In this document: piece after piece, positions 1 through 11,469 of the stretch
How positions within the stretch are numbered: position 1 is the first letter of the stretch
How the letters are laid out: every line of letters begins with the position of its first letter
Assembly: GCA_026786145.1 (NCBI GenBank)
Contig: JAJAYQ010000056.1
Span: forward strand, 1-37,490
From: Spirochaetaceae bacterium
GTDB lineage: Bacteria; Actinomycetota; Actinomycetes; JACCUZ01
Direction: 5' to 3'
Length of the DNA: 37,490 nucleotides
Position numbers and translations under genes: made by a program
The notes under the pieces: generated by a model
What the model saw: only the letters and a program-made list of their open reading frames with translations
The model's database searches: none
What the model was told of the DNA's origin: nothing

Positions 1-2
1 CA

Positions 3-68
3 GGTATCAGGCGCAACTGGGCACTCGACGTCACCGCAGAACGAACACCGGTCGTCGACGACCGCTGA
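3..68 (+). CDS. possible 3' end of an upstream gene (partial)
   Basis: Open frame GIRRNWALDVTAERTPVVDDR* with GC-rich third positions ending at TGA 66-68; too short to assign. Confidence 0.3.
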   Translation, partial: GIRRNWALDVTAERTPVVDDR

Positions 69-133
69 ACACCAACTTCACGGAATCACTCATCTAGGCT
101 CGACACCCCGTCGGCCCGAAGGGAGCAGCCGTC

Positions 134-991
134 ATGGCTTCCGGCCCGCTCGCCGAGGACATCCGCCGCAGGCTGGGCGATCTCAGCCCAGCTGAGCGCA
201 AGGTCGCCCGGGTGCTGCTGTCGGGCTATCCGTCCGCCGGTTTCGAGACGATCGCCGTGCTGGCCGAGCGGGCCGCCGTCAGCGCGCCGACCGTGATCCG
301 GTTCGTGAACCGGCTCGGCTATCGCGGGTTCCCCGACTTCCAGGCGGCCCTGCGCGCCGAGCTCGACGAGCGCAACGCCTCCCCGCTCACCCTCTACCCG
401 AGCACGGCGCCCGCGGCCCACTCGATGGCCGAGCTCGGGGTGGGGGTGGGCCGCGAGACGTGCGAGGCGATCACCCGGACGTTCGCGGAGCTGCCCCCGC
501 ACGACCTCGAACGCGCCGTGGCGCTGCTGTCGGATCGCAAGCGGCGTGTCACGCTGGTCGGTGGCCGATTCACCCACCTGCTCGCCCAGTACCTCGGCCT
601 GCACCTGATGCAGCTCCGCGACGACGTGCGGTTCCTGCCCGACCGCGACGTCGAGCGCACGGCCGTGCTCACCGCGCTCACCCGCAGGGATGTGCTCGTG
701 GTGTTCGACTTCCGCCAGTACGAGCCGGACAAGACGGCGCTGGCCCGCCTCGTGCAGGAGGCCGGCGGGAAGGTCGTGCTGTTCACCGACCGGTGGCTGT
801 CCCCGGCCACCGTGCACGCCGAGGTGGTGCTGCCCAACCAGGTGGCCGCCTCCTCGCCGTACGACAGCCTGGTACCGACCCTGGCGACGGTGGAGGCGGT
901 CGTCTCGTGTGTGGTGGCGGCCATGGGGGAGGACGCCCACGACCGCATGGAGCGGGGAGAGCGGACGGCGCGCGCGATGGGTCTCTACTGA
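134..991 (+). CDS. MurR/RpiR family transcriptional regulator (HTH + SIS)
   Basis: LSPAERKVA...AVSAPTVIRFVNRLGYRGFPDFQ RpiR HTH; SIS-like C-terminus (DVLVVFDFRQY, VVLFTD); RBS AAGGGAG at 119-125; TAGGCT -10 at 95-100. Confidence 0.92.
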   Translation: MASGPLAEDIRRRLGDLSPAERKVARVLLSGYPSAGFETIAVLAERAAVSAPTVIRFVNRLGYRGFPDFQAALRAELDERNASPLTLYPSTAPAAHSMAELGVGVGRETCEAITRTFAELPPHDLERAVALLSDRKRRVTLVGGRFTHLLAQYLGLHLMQLRDDVRFLPDRDVERTAVLTALTRRDVLVVFDFRQYEPDKTALARLVQEAGGKVVLFTDRWLSPATVHAEVVLPNQVAASSPYDSLVPTLATVEAVVSCVVAAMGEDAHDRMERGERTARAMGLY

Positions 992-1015
992 GCCCGGATC
1001 ACCACGGGGACCGGA

Positions 1016-2425
1016 TCATCGCGAGCCCGCGTCCGAGCCCGCGTCGGCGGTCAGCCTGCGGATCGAGGCGAGCGGGATCGGCGCCCACGTCGGGCGGCTG
1101 CGCGTCTCGTAGAGCACCTCGTACACGGCCTTGTCCAGCTCGAAACCCCGCAGGAGGACCGACTGCTCGCGAGGGTCGGTACCCGCCCGCACGGCGTAGC
1201 CGTCGCAGAATGCCGATCGGTTGCGCTGCGCCCACTCGTTGGCCCGCCACAGCATCTGGGAGTCGTGGTCGGGATCGCTCCACTCGCTCGCCGGTTCCCA
1301 CTGGGACAGCTGGTGGAACGCGGCGTAGTCGAACGAGCGGAGCATGCCGGCGATGTCGCGCAGCGCGGAGTCGGGCCGCACCCGGTCGGCGAAGGTGGCG
1401 GCGGGCTCGCCCTCGAAGTCGATCACTAGCCAGCCGTAGGGGGTGCGCAGGGTCTGGCCGAGGTGCAGGTCGCCGTGGACGCGCTGGGTGGCGATCGCAC
1501 CGTCGAGACCCGCGACGGCGTCGTACACGGCACGGATCGACCCGACGTGTTCGGCGAGCACGGGGATCTCGCGAGCCACCGCGGCGAGCCGCTCGTGCCA
1601 GAACGCGGCGAGCTCGCGAGGATCGCGCTCGCCGACGCCCAGGGCATCGCGCAGCTCGGCGTGCACGACGGCGATCGTCTCGCCCAACCGGGAGGCCTCG
1701 CCGGCAAAGTCGCCACCCACCTCGTCGGCCCGCAGGTCGCCCTCGGCCAGCAGGTCCCGGACGCTCGCCAGGGCCATCGCCCACCCGTCCGCGGAGTTGG
1801 CGGCGTAGTCCGACAGCATCCCGAGGGTGACCGGCCTGCCGTCGAGCATGCCCTCCACCGCGCCCTGGAGTGCGGCGGCCTCGGTGCTGTGCACCGAGCG
1901 CAACGCCCGGTGCAGCTCCAGGTCGGGGTTGACGCCCGGCAGCACGCGACGGAACACCTTCAGGATCGACTGCTCGCCCCACGACACCGACGTGTTCGAC
2001 TGCTCGACCGCGAGCACCCGGCCGGGGACGTTCTCGGCGATCTCCACGTCGGGCTCGGGGATGAACCGCACATCACCGATCGTGCGACCCTGCCGGATCG
2101 CGCCCAGCAGCCACGCCGTGACGTCGGAGTCCCACAGCCCGTCGTAGGCCTGCAGGCCTCCGACCCGCCCGATCGTGACGTGGTCGAGATCGCCGCGTGC
2201 CTGCTCGCGGCGGGCGAGCATCAGTTGGTAGTGCTGCACGGATCCGTCGTCGTCGAACGTGACGGCGAGCAGGAGCAGGTCGAGCAGCGGTACGCCCTCG
2301 GTGATCAAGGGCGTCGACGACGCCACGGCGACCGAGCGGACCGGGCGGCCCTTGGCCCCGAACCAGCGTTGCTGGGACAGCCATTCGGGCAGCAGAGCGG
2401 GGAGCCCCTCGGTCAGTGCCGACAC
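1016..2425 (-). CDS. mak: maltokinase (Mak/Pep2)
   Basis: WLSQQRWFGAKGR N-terminus, EQSNTS, ILKVFRR, RVHGDLHLGQ, VIDFEGEP, RDIAGMLRSFDY, DKAVYE motifs; GTG start 2425 with GGAGGAGAGG RBS; downstream of treS. Confidence 0.93.
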   Translation of the reverse strand: MSALTEGLPALLPEWLSQQRWFGAKGRPVRSVAVASSTPLITEGVPLLDLLLLAVTFDDDGSVQHYQLMLARREQARGDLDHVTIGRVGGLQAYDGLWDSDVTAWLLGAIRQGRTIGDVRFIPEPDVEIAENVPGRVLAVEQSNTSVSWGEQSILKVFRRVLPGVNPDLELHRALRSVHSTEAAALQGAVEGMLDGRPVTLGMLSDYAANSADGWAMALASVRDLLAEGDLRADEVGGDFAGEASRLGETIAVVHAELRDALGVGERDPRELAAFWHERLAAVAREIPVLAEHVGSIRAVYDAVAGLDGAIATQRVHGDLHLGQTLRTPYGWLVIDFEGEPAATFADRVRPDSALRDIAGMLRSFDYAAFHQLSQWEPASEWSDPDHDSQMLWRANEWAQRNRSAFCDGYAVRAGTDPREQSVLLRGFELDKAVYEVLYETRSRPTWAPIPLASIRRLTADAGSDAGSR

Positions 2426-2556
2426 GTCCTCTCCTCCAGCCGAGCGATCAAGATCGGCGGGACCGCTCCCGGGTAGTCCCGGCGCGGCTGGATCGCTCGT
2501 CCACAGGACCCTAGCCGTCTCCCCGCCGATCGTCGGTATGTGGCTGCGCCCCCCGG

Positions 2557-4302
2557 TCAGGTCTCCGACCCCACCGGGGTGATGGCGAACCAGTAGAAGC
2601 CGTGGCCCGGCAGCGTCAACAGGTAGTCCAGGTCGCCGATCTTCGGGAACGGCACCCCGCCGGTCAGCTCGATGGGGGCGCAGCCAAGCCACGGCGACAG
2701 GTCGAGCTCCACGGGCTGCGGGAACCGGGACATGTTGTTGACGCACAGCACGACGTCGTCGCCGTGGGACCGGACGTAGGCGAGCACGGAGGGGTTGGTG
2801 CCGCCGAGCTCGTGGTACTCACCCAGCCCGAACGCGGGGTGGCGCTTGCGGACCTCGATTATGTGCCGGTTCCACTGCAGCAACGACGTCGACGCGTTCG
2901 ACTGAGCCTCGACGTTGACCGCCTGGTAGCCGTAGATCGGGTCCATGATCACCGGTATGTACAGCCGCCCCGGGTCGCACGAGGAGAACCCGGCGTTTCG
3001 GTCGGGCGTCCACTGCATCGGGCTGCGCACCGAGTCACGGTCGCCCTGCCAGATGTTGTCGCCCATCCCGATCTCGTCGCCGTAGTAGAGGACGGGCGAG
3101 CCGGGCAGGGACATGAGCAGCGCCGTGAACAGCTCCAGCTGGTTGCGGTCGTTCTCCAGCAGCGGGGCGAGGCGCCGGCGGATGCCGATGTTGGCCTTCA
3201 TCCGAGGGTCCTTGGCGTACTCCGCGTACATGTAGTCGCGCTCTTCGTCGGTAACCATCTCGAGGGTCAGCTCGTCGTGGTTGCGCAGGAAGATGCCCCA
3301 CTGCGCGCCCGACGGGATCGCCGGGGTCTGGGCCAGGATCTCCGAGATCGGGAACCGGTTCTCCCGTCGGACGGCCATGAAGATGCGCGGCATCAGCGGG
3401 AAATGGAACGCCATGTGGCACTCGTCGCCCCCGACGTCGGGATTCCCGAAGTACTCCACGACGTCCGACGGCCACTGGTTGGCCTCCGCGAGGAGCACCC
3501 GGCCCGGGTACTCGACGTCCATCACCTTGCGGCAGCGCTTGAGGAACTCGTGGGACTCCGCGAGGTTCTCGCAGCTGGTGTCCTCCCGCTCGAACAGGTA
3601 CGGCACGGCGTCGAGACGGAAGCCGTCGATGCCGAGATCCAGCCAGAAGCGCAGGACCTCGATCATCGCCTCCTGGACGTCGGGGTTGTCGTAGTTCAGG
3701 TCGGGCTGATGCGAGAAGAACCGGTGCCAGAAGAACTGCCCGCGGACCGGGTCGTAGGTCCAGTTCGACGTCTCGGTGTCGACGAAGATGACCCGCGCGT
3801 CCGCGTAGCGCGAGTCGTCGTCGGACCACACGTAGTAGTCGCCGTAGGGGCCCTCCGGGTTGCGGCGGGACTCCTCGAACCACGGGTGCTGGTCCGAGGT
3901 GTGATTCATCACCAGATCGGTGATGACGCGGACGCCGCGCTTGTGGGCCTCGTCGAGGAAGTACACGAAGTCCTTGACCGTGCCGAACTCGGGCAGGACC
4001 GCGCGAAAGTCGCGGATGTCGTAGCCGCCGTCGCGGAGCGGGGAGTCGTAGAACGGGGGCAGCCAGAGACAGTCGACGCCGAGCCACTGGATGTAGTCCA
4101 GCTTGTCGGTGAGACCCCGCAGGTCGCCGGTGCCGTCACGGTTGGAGTCGGCGAACGCCCGGACCAGCACTTCGTAGAACACGGCACGCTTGAACCAGTC
4201 GTGATCGACGTCCAGCGTGCGGGCCTGGCCGTACTCGTCGGCGGAGTGGTCGGTCAGCTGGTCGTCGGCGGGGTTCGGGGCGGGGGTGGCGTCGATGGGC
4301 AT
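2557..4302 (-). CDS. treS: trehalose synthase (maltose alpha-D-glucosyltransferase), GH13
   Basis: [51 protein letters not shown] motifs; start chosen at MPIDATP (ATG 4302). Confidence 0.96.
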   Translation of the reverse strand: MPIDATPAPNPADDQLTDHSADEYGQARTLDVDHDWFKRAVFYEVLVRAFADSNRDGTGDLRGLTDKLDYIQWLGVDCLWLPPFYDSPLRDGGYDIRDFRAVLPEFGTVKDFVYFLDEAHKRGVRVITDLVMNHTSDQHPWFEESRRNPEGPYGDYYVWSDDDSRYADARVIFVDTETSNWTYDPVRGQFFWHRFFSHQPDLNYDNPDVQEAMIEVLRFWLDLGIDGFRLDAVPYLFEREDTSCENLAESHEFLKRCRKVMDVEYPGRVLLAEANQWPSDVVEYFGNPDVGGDECHMAFHFPLMPRIFMAVRRENRFPISEILAQTPAIPSGAQWGIFLRNHDELTLEMVTDEERDYMYAEYAKDPRMKANIGIRRRLAPLLENDRNQLELFTALLMSLPGSPVLYYGDEIGMGDNIWQGDRDSVRSPMQWTPDRNAGFSSCDPGRLYIPVIMDPIYGYQAVNVEAQSNASTSLLQWNRHIIEVRKRHPAFGLGEYHELGGTNPSVLAYVRSHGDDVVLCVNNMSRFPQPVELDLSPWLGCAPIELTGGVPFPKIGDLDYLLTLPGHGFYWFAITPVGSET

Positions 4303-4703
4303 GGAGATATCGCGTTCCTGCCGGGCGGTGGTGGGCGAGGGAGAAGTACCCGACCGGTTCCCCTCCGGGGCGACGTGATCTGCGGGTGCCGGGCGGCTGG
4401 GGAAAGGGTAGCGGCCGGTAGGGCGGATCGCCGAGCCCTGCGGTGGGCGTTCCCCGCGCTCGAGCTCTACGACGCCCCGCCGGAAGAGATCGTCGACCGC
4501 GTGCGCCGACCACGGAGGACTTCGTACCGGGGTCGGGAGGGACGGGTTCGACGAGTCGGGGGGACCCTGATCGCGATGTGCCCGCCGGCTGATCTCCGCG
4601 GGCGATGACCCGAGGCGCATGTCCGGTCCGGTCGATGGCATGTCGTACCCGGGCGCGACCGGACACGGTGCATTGGATCCGAACGGAGCTAAGGGGGTCC
4701 GCA

Positions 4704-7700
4704 ATGTCGCTCACGTCTTCTGGCCCAGCCCATCCTCGTCCGGCCAATCCCTACGCCGTGGTCGTGGGGAGCGGCGTCGGCGGCTCGGGGGCAGCGGCCG
4801 GCGTCGCGGTGATGGGTGCGGCGGCGCTGATGGCCCTCGGGGCCGGGACGGCGTCGGCCGACTCGGGTGAGGCCGGTCTCGACGGAACCGGCAGCACCTC
4901 CGTGGACGGTGCCGTCGGTGACAGCGGCCCGGGTGACAGCGGCCCGGGTGACAGCGGCCCGGGTGACGGGGAGTTCGGATCGGCGCCGGCCGATTCCGCG
5001 CGCGTCCGGCACCGCAGCCCGGTCCTCGGCGGTGGCGACGTGGAGCGGTCCTCGTCCATCGACGACATCAGTCCTGTTCGGATGACATTGCCGGACCCGG
5101 TGGCCACTTCCGCGGAGGTGGTCTCGATCCCGCGGGTGGACGTGGTGAACACGAGGTCCACGCCGACCGACGTGGCGGGCCAGCCCATCGCGGCACCGGA
5201 CCCCGCGGTCGACAGCTCACGGTCGGTGGGTGTGACGAGCCCGCGGACCACTCGTGATCTCGATGCGATGCGGCCGTACGAGGGCGCCGACCTCCTGCCT
5301 GTCGACCTCCTGCCTGCCGACCCACTGCGCGAGTCGGCGAGCCACCGCAGTGTCGGGAGCAACGCGACCGGGCAGACCCCCCGCGACCATGACCGCACGC
5401 CGCTGTTCGATGGTCGTCCAGGCGGCGGCGGGACGAGCGGCGGCAGCGGCGGAACTGGGTCGGCACCGTCCGTCGTCGCACCGGCCGACGCCACCGCGAC
5501 CATCGGCTCCGTGCCGGACCCGGTCGGTGACGTCGACCTGAACCTGTCCTCCGGCGGCGAGCGTCCTCCGGTCCAGCCCGACGCCGCCGGGGCGTCCCCG
5601 AACCCAGGGATCATGGCTAGCATCGCTGGTTCCGCTGCTCCTGGTCCCGGCGAGCCCGGACGCAGCCCGGGGTCGGCGCCGTCGGCTGCCGGCCCCGCGG
5701 AGGCAGCGCCGCCTGGCGGCGACGGGCCGGTCGACCGGGAACCTCTCGACGACGCGGTGGACTCACCGATCCTCTACCAGTACCTGGTCGATCCCGCTGG
5801 TGTCGGCGGCTTCCAGGAGGTGCCGGTGGACCGACTGGATCCGAACAGGGTCACGGTCAACGTCAGCGGGGCACCGGGTACCGGTTATCCCTCCTTCACC
5901 GTGCTGGAGCGTCCGGGCGATCCCGAGGCCGCACAGTTCACCGTGGACACCTCACGGATCGGTCCCGAGCTCGGCACGATGCCGGACGGTCTCAGCACGC
6001 CCCCGTCCGCTCTGCACGACGGTTTCCGCGTACGGACCCCGGAAGGTGACGCGTTGACGTTCGGCATGGACCTGCCGACTGCCACCCTGTTCCGCCGCTC
6101 TCCCGGAGCGGCCGGTGTCGTGACGTACCACGAAGACCTCGACGCGATCGATGTCGTCACGTCTCCTCGGCCGGATGAGGCCCGACTGAACTGTCGTGGT
6201 TCCTCGGGGACCACCTTCTGTTTTGACGACGCGGGCAATCTTGCCGTGAGTCGGATCATCGACTCACGAAACGGCTTTCCGGTCATGAGCCACGAGTATC
6301 GCGTTTCTCGGGAACCCTATGATATTACCGACACCATGGCGAAGCAGTCCGTGACGTGGGTGTTCGAGCCCGGAGACGACGGCGAGAATGGCTCGCTCGT
6401 CGCCTTTCCGGGGATCGGCGACGCGATCGACCCCGCCACCGCCGCCCTGCAGATGAAGCGGACACGCGACGGAACCGTGCTGTCGGGCACAATGCTGATG
6501 GGGTCGACCGGAGCCAGTCGGCTGGTGTCGCTCGATCCGGGCGCGGGTGATCCCCCGTCGTGGACCAACCGGGCCCACCGCAGTGTTGCCCTCGATCCAG
6601 GAAGTGGGGGCCTGAGTGGCAATGTCAGGAGCGCCCATTCCTCCATTCCGCATCTGGTTCCGCTGGATTATCGGCTGTCTCACGGGATCCCATGGCAGGG
6701 AGGTTCGAGCCGCGGTCCGAACTACGATCTCGATCGTGGCGTCGACCCCAACACCGGTGAGCCGATGATCACCGCGGACAGCATCCTGAATCGATGGCCG
6801 GTGACGGGCGAGCTGCGCGGTGACGTCGCCCGGGTTCTGGGTCAGCTGACCGGCATTCCCGCCCCCACCAATCCGGTCAATCTCCGGGTGACGTCGGAGG
6901 GGCCCGACATGGGCGTCACGCCGTCCGACAGCACGACCCACGGCGACGTTCGAGTATTGGGCGACGGCGCGCTGAGCTGGACGCGGGACGAGGGGACCTA
7001 CAAGGTCAGTCCGTCCGAGTACGAGGTCCCAGCCGTGCCGGGTGCGGTCGCCACCGGCGCCGGGGCGTACAAGCTGGAACCTGATGGACGGTGGCTGCCG
7101 GTCCCCCTCTCCGCGGTACCGCCGTTGATCGGTTCGTGGGGCAGCAACCCGGGTCAGGGGGGTGGCGGGGGCTGGAACGTCGGGGATCCCGGTCCGTCCG
7201 GCCCGGGAGAGGGTTCGGGCGGGCGGGAGCCGGCCCTCGTCGAAGGCGGCGGTCCCACCGGAGCCGAGTCGCTCCACGTCGATCCCGCCAACGGCGCACG
7301 GCCTGACGTCCGCACCGGAAGCGACGGCCGGCGGCAGACCTACGTCGATGGCCAGGACCTGGTCGGAGACGGTCGGGCCGGGACGACGCCGGGCCGGGTG
7401 GACTACTACCGGACCGACGACGGTGTGGTGGAGGCGGTCGTCCGGTCACCGCACCGGGACGACGACGGCGTGCGGACGACCTGGACTCCCGAACTCGGGG
7501 TGTCGGTGGCGAGCAATCCGGGTGCCGACCACGTCACGTCGATACAGCGGGTGTCGTCAGCGGCGGTTCCGAAGTCGATCACGAGCCAGGTGGTGCGGCT
7601 CCGCACCGGGACGCACGCCGAGCGGCTCGCCGGGGGTGGGGTGGGGTCGGTTGCCGGTTCGGTCAGCTACCTGCCGGTGCCGGAGAATCCACGGTTGCAG

Positions 7701-8234
7701 GACGTGGTCGTGCAGCCCAGCGTGACGGTGGTCGAGAACGCCGATGGGAGCAAGAACATGACCTACAGCGCCGTCGTTCCGGTTGGTCGGGAGCTCAACG
7801 GGCAGAACTCGCCGGAGCGCTTCAGGGTCGAAGCAGGAACCCCGATGCGCGAGGTGCGGCACACGGTGCTCGTGGCGGCCCCGACACCGCCGCCGCAGTG
7901 GGCCGAGCCGCCGGCGCAGTGGGCCGAGCCGCCGGCAGAGCCGGCAGGGTGGCAGCCGTCGGCGGAGGAGCCGGCCGAGGCGGGTGCGCCGTCTCCGGCG
8001 TTGTCCAAGGTCCCCGGGGTGAACATCCCCTACGACCAGGCCGAGAGTACGTCGAACCCGGAGCCGGTCCCACCACGCGACCCAGCACCACAGGCGCAGC
8101 CGCCGACAGTTGCACCAGGACTGCAGGTCCCCGACTGGGTGGGACCTGCTGTCGGCGCCGTCGGCGGCGCCCTGGGCGCCGGTGTCGAGGTGATCCGATT
8201 CATCACCAATCCGCTCGGCGCGCCCCAGAGCTGA
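4704..8234 (+). CDS. large hypothetical secreted/surface protein, 1176 aa
   Basis: Uninterrupted 3.5 kb ORF; RBS-like TAAGGGGG before ATG 4704; hydrophobic N-terminal stretch ending GAGTASA-D; low-complexity G/P/D/S linkers; Pro-rich then hydrophobic C-terminal tail; no recognised domain. Confidence 0.75.
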   Translation: MSLTSSGPAHPRPANPYAVVVGSGVGGSGAAAGVAVMGAAALMALGAGTASADSGEAGLDGTGSTSVDGAVGDSGPGDSGPGDSGPGDGEFGSAPADSARVRHRSPVLGGGDVERSSSIDDISPVRMTLPDPVATSAEVVSIPRVDVVNTRSTPTDVAGQPIAAPDPAVDSSRSVGVTSPRTTRDLDAMRPYEGADLLPVDLLPADPLRESASHRSVGSNATGQTPRDHDRTPLFDGRPGGGGTSGGSGGTGSAPSVVAPADATATIGSVPDPVGDVDLNLSSGGERPPVQPDAAGASPNPGIMASIAGSAAPGPGEPGRSPGSAPSAAGPAEAAPPGGDGPVDREPLDDAVDSPILYQYLVDPAGVGGFQEVPVDRLDPNRVTVNVSGAPGTGYPSFTVLERPGDPEAAQFTVDTSRIGPELGTMPDGLSTPPSALHDGFRVRTPEGDALTFGMDLPTATLFRRSPGAAGVVTYHEDLDAIDVVTSPRPDEARLNCRGSSGTTFCFDDAGNLAVSRIIDSRNGFPVMSHEYRVSREPYDITDTMAKQSVTWVFEPGDDGENGSLVAFPGIGDAIDPATAALQMKRTRDGTVLSGTMLMGSTGASRLVSLDPGAGDPPSWTNRAHRSVALDPGSGGLSGNVRSAHSSIPHLVPLDYRLSHGIPWQGGSSRGPNYDLDRGVDPNTGEPMITADSILNRWPVTGELRGDVARVLGQLTGIPAPTNPVNLRVTSEGPDMGVTPSDSTTHGDVRVLGDGALSWTRDEGTYKVSPSEYEVPAVPGAVATGAGAYKLEPDGRWLPVPLSAVPPLIGSWGSNPGQGGGGGWNVGDPGPSGPGEGSGGREPALVEGGGPTGAESLHVDPANGARPDVRTGSDGRRQTYVDGQDLVGDGRAGTTPGRVDYYRTDDGVVEAVVRSPHRDDDGVRTTWTPELGVSVASNPGADHVTSIQRVSSAAVPKSITSQVVRLRTGTHAERLAGGGVGSVAGSVSYLPVPENPRLQDVVVQPSVTVVENADGSKNMTYSAVVPVGRELNGQNSPERFRVEAGTPMREVRHTVLVAAPTPPPQWAEPPAQWAEPPAEPAGWQPSAEEPAEAGAPSPALSKVPGVNIPYDQAESTSNPEPVPPRDPAPQAQPPTVAPGLQVPDWVGPAVGAVGGALGAGVEVIRFITNPLGAPQS
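4917..4967 (+). repeat. 15-bp tandem repeat GGTGACAGCGGCCCG x3 plus partial (encodes GDSGP)
   Basis: Units at 4917-4931, 4932-4946, 4947-4961, then GGTGAC. Confidence 0.9.
7895..7938 (+). repeat. 21-bp tandem duplication encoding QWAEPPA x2
   Basis: GCAGTGGGCCGAGCCGCCGGC repeated twice in the Pro-rich tail. Confidence 0.8.
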
Positions 8235-8259
8235 GCGTACGGGACCGTCCCGATGGGTC

Positions 8260-9259
8260 CGGCCGCCGAGCTCACCCGCACGGACCACCGGGTCAGCGCC
8301 GACACTGTGGCTGATCTGCTGCGCGCGGAGGGCTTCAGCCTCCAAGGCAACGCCAAGACCATCGAAGGCGCGCAGAGCCCGGACCGTGACGCCCAGTTCC
8401 GCTACCTCAACGAACAGGTCACCGCGCAACAGGACGGCGGTGAGCCGGTGGTCAGCGTGGACACCAAGAAGAAGGAGCAGGTCGGCGACTTCGCCGACGC
8501 CGGGCGGGAATGGGCGCGGGCGGGGGAGCCGGTGAAGGTTCGCGACCACGACTTCCTCGACCTCGAGCTGGGCAAGGTCGCCCCTACGGGATCTACGACC
8601 TGGCCGCGGACACCGGCTGGGTCAACGTCGGCACCGACCACGACACCGCCGCGTCCACGCCGAACTCGACCACGGCGTCCACCCCCTGGGGGTCAGGACC
8701 AGCGACGAGGACATGGCCGCCCTGCCGATCACCCGCCACGACTGGCACGGCGACTGGAACTACACCCTCGACCCCCACCAGCGGGCCGAGCCCACCCCGC
8801 CCGTCCTACCGCGGGCGCCACGACGAGACAGCTCCCACTGGGCCCATCCCGCGCTGACCGGGCTCTCGGCCCACGACCGGGCCCAGCTCAGCGCCGCGCT
8901 GGCCATCCCCTACACCGCCCACCGCGAAGCGAGCTCCACATCCACCGAGGCGGACCATCCTGGCGCAAACCCGCCGGCGGACACCCAACCACGCTCACCC
9001 TCGACGAGATGCTCCTCATCACCGTCCTCAAGACCCGCTTCAGCCTGCCCCGACGCGTCCTCGCCGAACTGTTCGGCACCTCCCACGGCCCCATCGCCAA
9101 AGCCGAACGACAGATCCGATCCTCGAACAGCACGAACACCACATCGAGCCCGCTCACACCAGCCTGCGGACCCTCACAGAACTCATCCAGCTCGCCGCCG
9201 CCCACGGCATCACCCTCACACCCGGCACCGAACCAGCGCGTTAACGATCTGCAAGCCCT
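8260..9259 (+). mobile_element. degenerate ISAzo13-family transposase/IS remnant
   Basis: GFSLQGNAKTIEG, DRDAQFRYLN, VVSVDTKKKE, YGIYDLAADTGWVNVGTDHDTA, HDWHGDWNYTL motifs spread over several frames; 5' truncated, internal deletion, frameshifts; last frame ends TAA at 9242-9244. Confidence 0.88.
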
Positions 9260-9287
9260 GATGTTCATCTCACGGGCGCGCGAGGCC

Positions 9288-11258
9288 CTAACGCTCGATG
9301 CGGAGGATGTGGGCCACGTGGTTCCAGGGCTCCAGTGACACGAAGTTGAACTGGCCCCAGTCGTAGTGCTCGCCGCTGACCTCGTCGTGGACGGTGACGC
9401 GGTCGTTCCATCCCAGGCCCAGCGCCGGCATGTCGAGCGACGTGGTGCCGGCCTGCGCGTTGTGGGAGTCCAGCGTGCAGATCACCAGCACGGTGTCGCC
9501 CGTGGCCGGGTCTGTCCTGGAGTAGGCGATGATCGCGTCGTTGTCGATGTGGTGGAACGTGATGTCACGCAGCTGCTGCAGGGCCGGGTGGGCGCGACGG
9601 ATCTCGTTGAGCCGCGTCAGGTAGGCCTCCAGCGAGTTGCCGGTGGCCGCGGCGGCCTCGAAGTCGCGGGGGCGCAGCTCGTACTTCTCGGAGTTGAGGT
9701 ACTCCTCGCTGCCGGGCTTGGCCGGCTCCCACTCGTAGAGCTCGAAGCCCGAGTAGACGCCCCAGGTCGGCGACATCGTTGACGCCAGGGTGGCGCGGAT
9801 CGCGAACATTCCGGGCCCGCCGGTCTGCAGGGACTCGTGCAGGATGTCCGGGGTGTTGACGAACAGGTTGGGCCTGGCCTCGTCGGCGCGCTCGGCGTGC
9901 ATGCGGGCGAACTCGGTGAGCTCAGCCTTCGTCGTCCGCCACGTGAAGTACGAGTACGACTGCGTGAACCCGAGCCGGGCGAGCCCGAACAGCCGCGCCG
10001 GACGTGTGAACGCCTCGGCCAGGAAGAGCACCTCGGGGTGGCTGGCCTTGACACGCCAGATCAGCCAGTGCCAGAAGTTCGGCGGCTTGGTGTGCGGGTT
10101 GTCGACGCGGAAGATCTTCACGCCGTGCTCCACCCAGTGCAGGACGACACGCAGCGACTCGGCGTAGATGCCGGCCGGGTCGTTGTCGAAGTTGACCGGG
10201 TAGATGTCCTGGTAGCGCTTGGGTGGGTTCTCCGCGTAGGCGATCGTGCCGTCGGGGCGGACGGTGAACCACTCCGGATGCTCGGCCACCCACGGGTGGT
10301 CCGGGGCGCACTGCAGCGCGAAGTCCAGAGCCACCTCCATGCCGAGGTCGTGGGTGCGGGCCACGAAGGCGTCGAAGTCCTCGAGCGGGCCGAGCTCGGG
10401 GTCGATCGCGTCGTGACCGCCCTCGGCCGAGCCGATGGCCCACGGCGAGCCGACGTCACCGGGTCCGGCGTTGACGGAGTTGTTGCGGCCCTTGCGGTGC
10501 CGGGTGCCGACGGGGTGGATGGGTGGCAGGTACACCACGTCGAAGCCCATCGCGGCGACGCGGTCGAGCTCCTTGCCCGCGGTCACGAACGTGCCGTGCA
10601 CCGCGCGGCCGGTCTCGTCGCGCCCGCCGGTGGAGCGTGGGAAGAACTCGTACCAGGAGCCGTACAGCGCGCGTGGCCGGTCGACGTAGACCTGCTGGGC
10701 GCGACCACGGGTGATCAGCTCCCGGACCGGACGCTCGACCATGATCTTCTCGACGGCGGGGAACAGCGCGGGCGCCACCCGGTTGCGCAGCGGCATCGCG
10801 GTGTCGCGCAGCGCGTTGGCGGCGCCGAAGAGCAGGTCACGGTGGGGGCGTTCGGCCGGGCGCCGGCCTACGCGCTGCAGCAGGCGCGCGCCGAGCTCCA
10901 GGTCGTTGGCCAGCTCCTCGGGGCTCTGCCCGGCGTCGAGCTTCTTGGTGACCGCGTTGCGCCACGTGGCCCATGGGTCGCTCCACGCGTCCACCCGGAA
11001 GGTCCACAGACCCTCCTCGTCGGGCACGACCGTGGCGGCGAACCGGTCGGAGTCCGAGCCGACGGGCTCCATCCGCACGTGCTGCGCGGAGGCCCGGTCG
11101 CCGAGCCTGCGCCACACCACGTTGGCGGCGACGGCGTCGTGTCCCTCCCGCCACACCGTGGCCGAGATCGGGACGACCTCGCCGACGACGGCCTTGGCGG
11201 GATGACGTCCGCCACCGACCGAGGGGCTGATGTCATCGATACCCAGCCGACCGGTCAT
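9288..11258 (-). CDS. glgE: alpha-1,4-glucan:maltose-1-phosphate maltosyltransferase
   Basis: [61 protein letters not shown] motifs. Confidence 0.96.
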   Translation of the reverse strand: MTGRLGIDDISPSVGGGRHPAKAVVGEVVPISATVWREGHDAVAANVVWRRLGDRASAQHVRMEPVGSDSDRFAATVVPDEEGLWTFRVDAWSDPWATWRNAVTKKLDAGQSPEELANDLELGARLLQRVGRRPAERPHRDLLFGAANALRDTAMPLRNRVAPALFPAVEKIMVERPVRELITRGRAQQVYVDRPRALYGSWYEFFPRSTGGRDETGRAVHGTFVTAGKELDRVAAMGFDVVYLPPIHPVGTRHRKGRNNSVNAGPGDVGSPWAIGSAEGGHDAIDPELGPLEDFDAFVARTHDLGMEVALDFALQCAPDHPWVAEHPEWFTVRPDGTIAYAENPPKRYQDIYPVNFDNDPAGIYAESLRVVLHWVEHGVKIFRVDNPHTKPPNFWHWLIWRVKASHPEVLFLAEAFTRPARLFGLARLGFTQSYSYFTWRTTKAELTEFARMHAERADEARPNLFVNTPDILHESLQTGGPGMFAIRATLASTMSPTWGVYSGFELYEWEPAKPGSEEYLNSEKYELRPRDFEAAAATGNSLEAYLTRLNEIRRAHPALQQLRDITFHHIDNDAIIAYSRTDPATGDTVLVICTLDSHNAQAGTTSLDMPALGLGWNDRVTVHDEVSGEHYDWGQFNFVSLEPWNHVAHILRIER

Positions 11259-11299
11259 CGGCGCACCCCCGGATCACCTCGTGTGAACTACGAACCTAC

Positions 11300-11325
11300 C
11301 TACCCGCTCCCGCTACGATCGGAAC
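11300..11325 (-). promoter_or_regulatory. candidate SigF/SigB-type stress promoter for glgE
   Basis: GTTC-N16-GGGTAG on the minus strand, resembling GTTT-N15-17-GGGTA. Confidence 0.45.
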
Positions 11326-11469
11326 GGGCCGCCGTCGTCCGCGCATCGTTCATGTGATCGTCACCGAGACGGGTGCCCGCCCAGGATCCTCGGGGCGCAT
11401 GCGCCCGTCCAGCCCCGGCCGGGGCCTTCTTGACCGATCCCGCCGTCGATTCAACTACGCTTCGTGCCC

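Noticed and set aside
4303-4704. N-terminal extension of treS to 715 aa
   Set aside because: The extension is Pro/Arg-rich non-homologous sequence spanning the divergent promoter region
6245-6268. 9-bp perfect hairpin CGTGAGTCG-GATCAT-CGACTCACG inside the orphan ORF
   Set aside because: Single occurrence within coding sequence, no U-tract; compatible with chance
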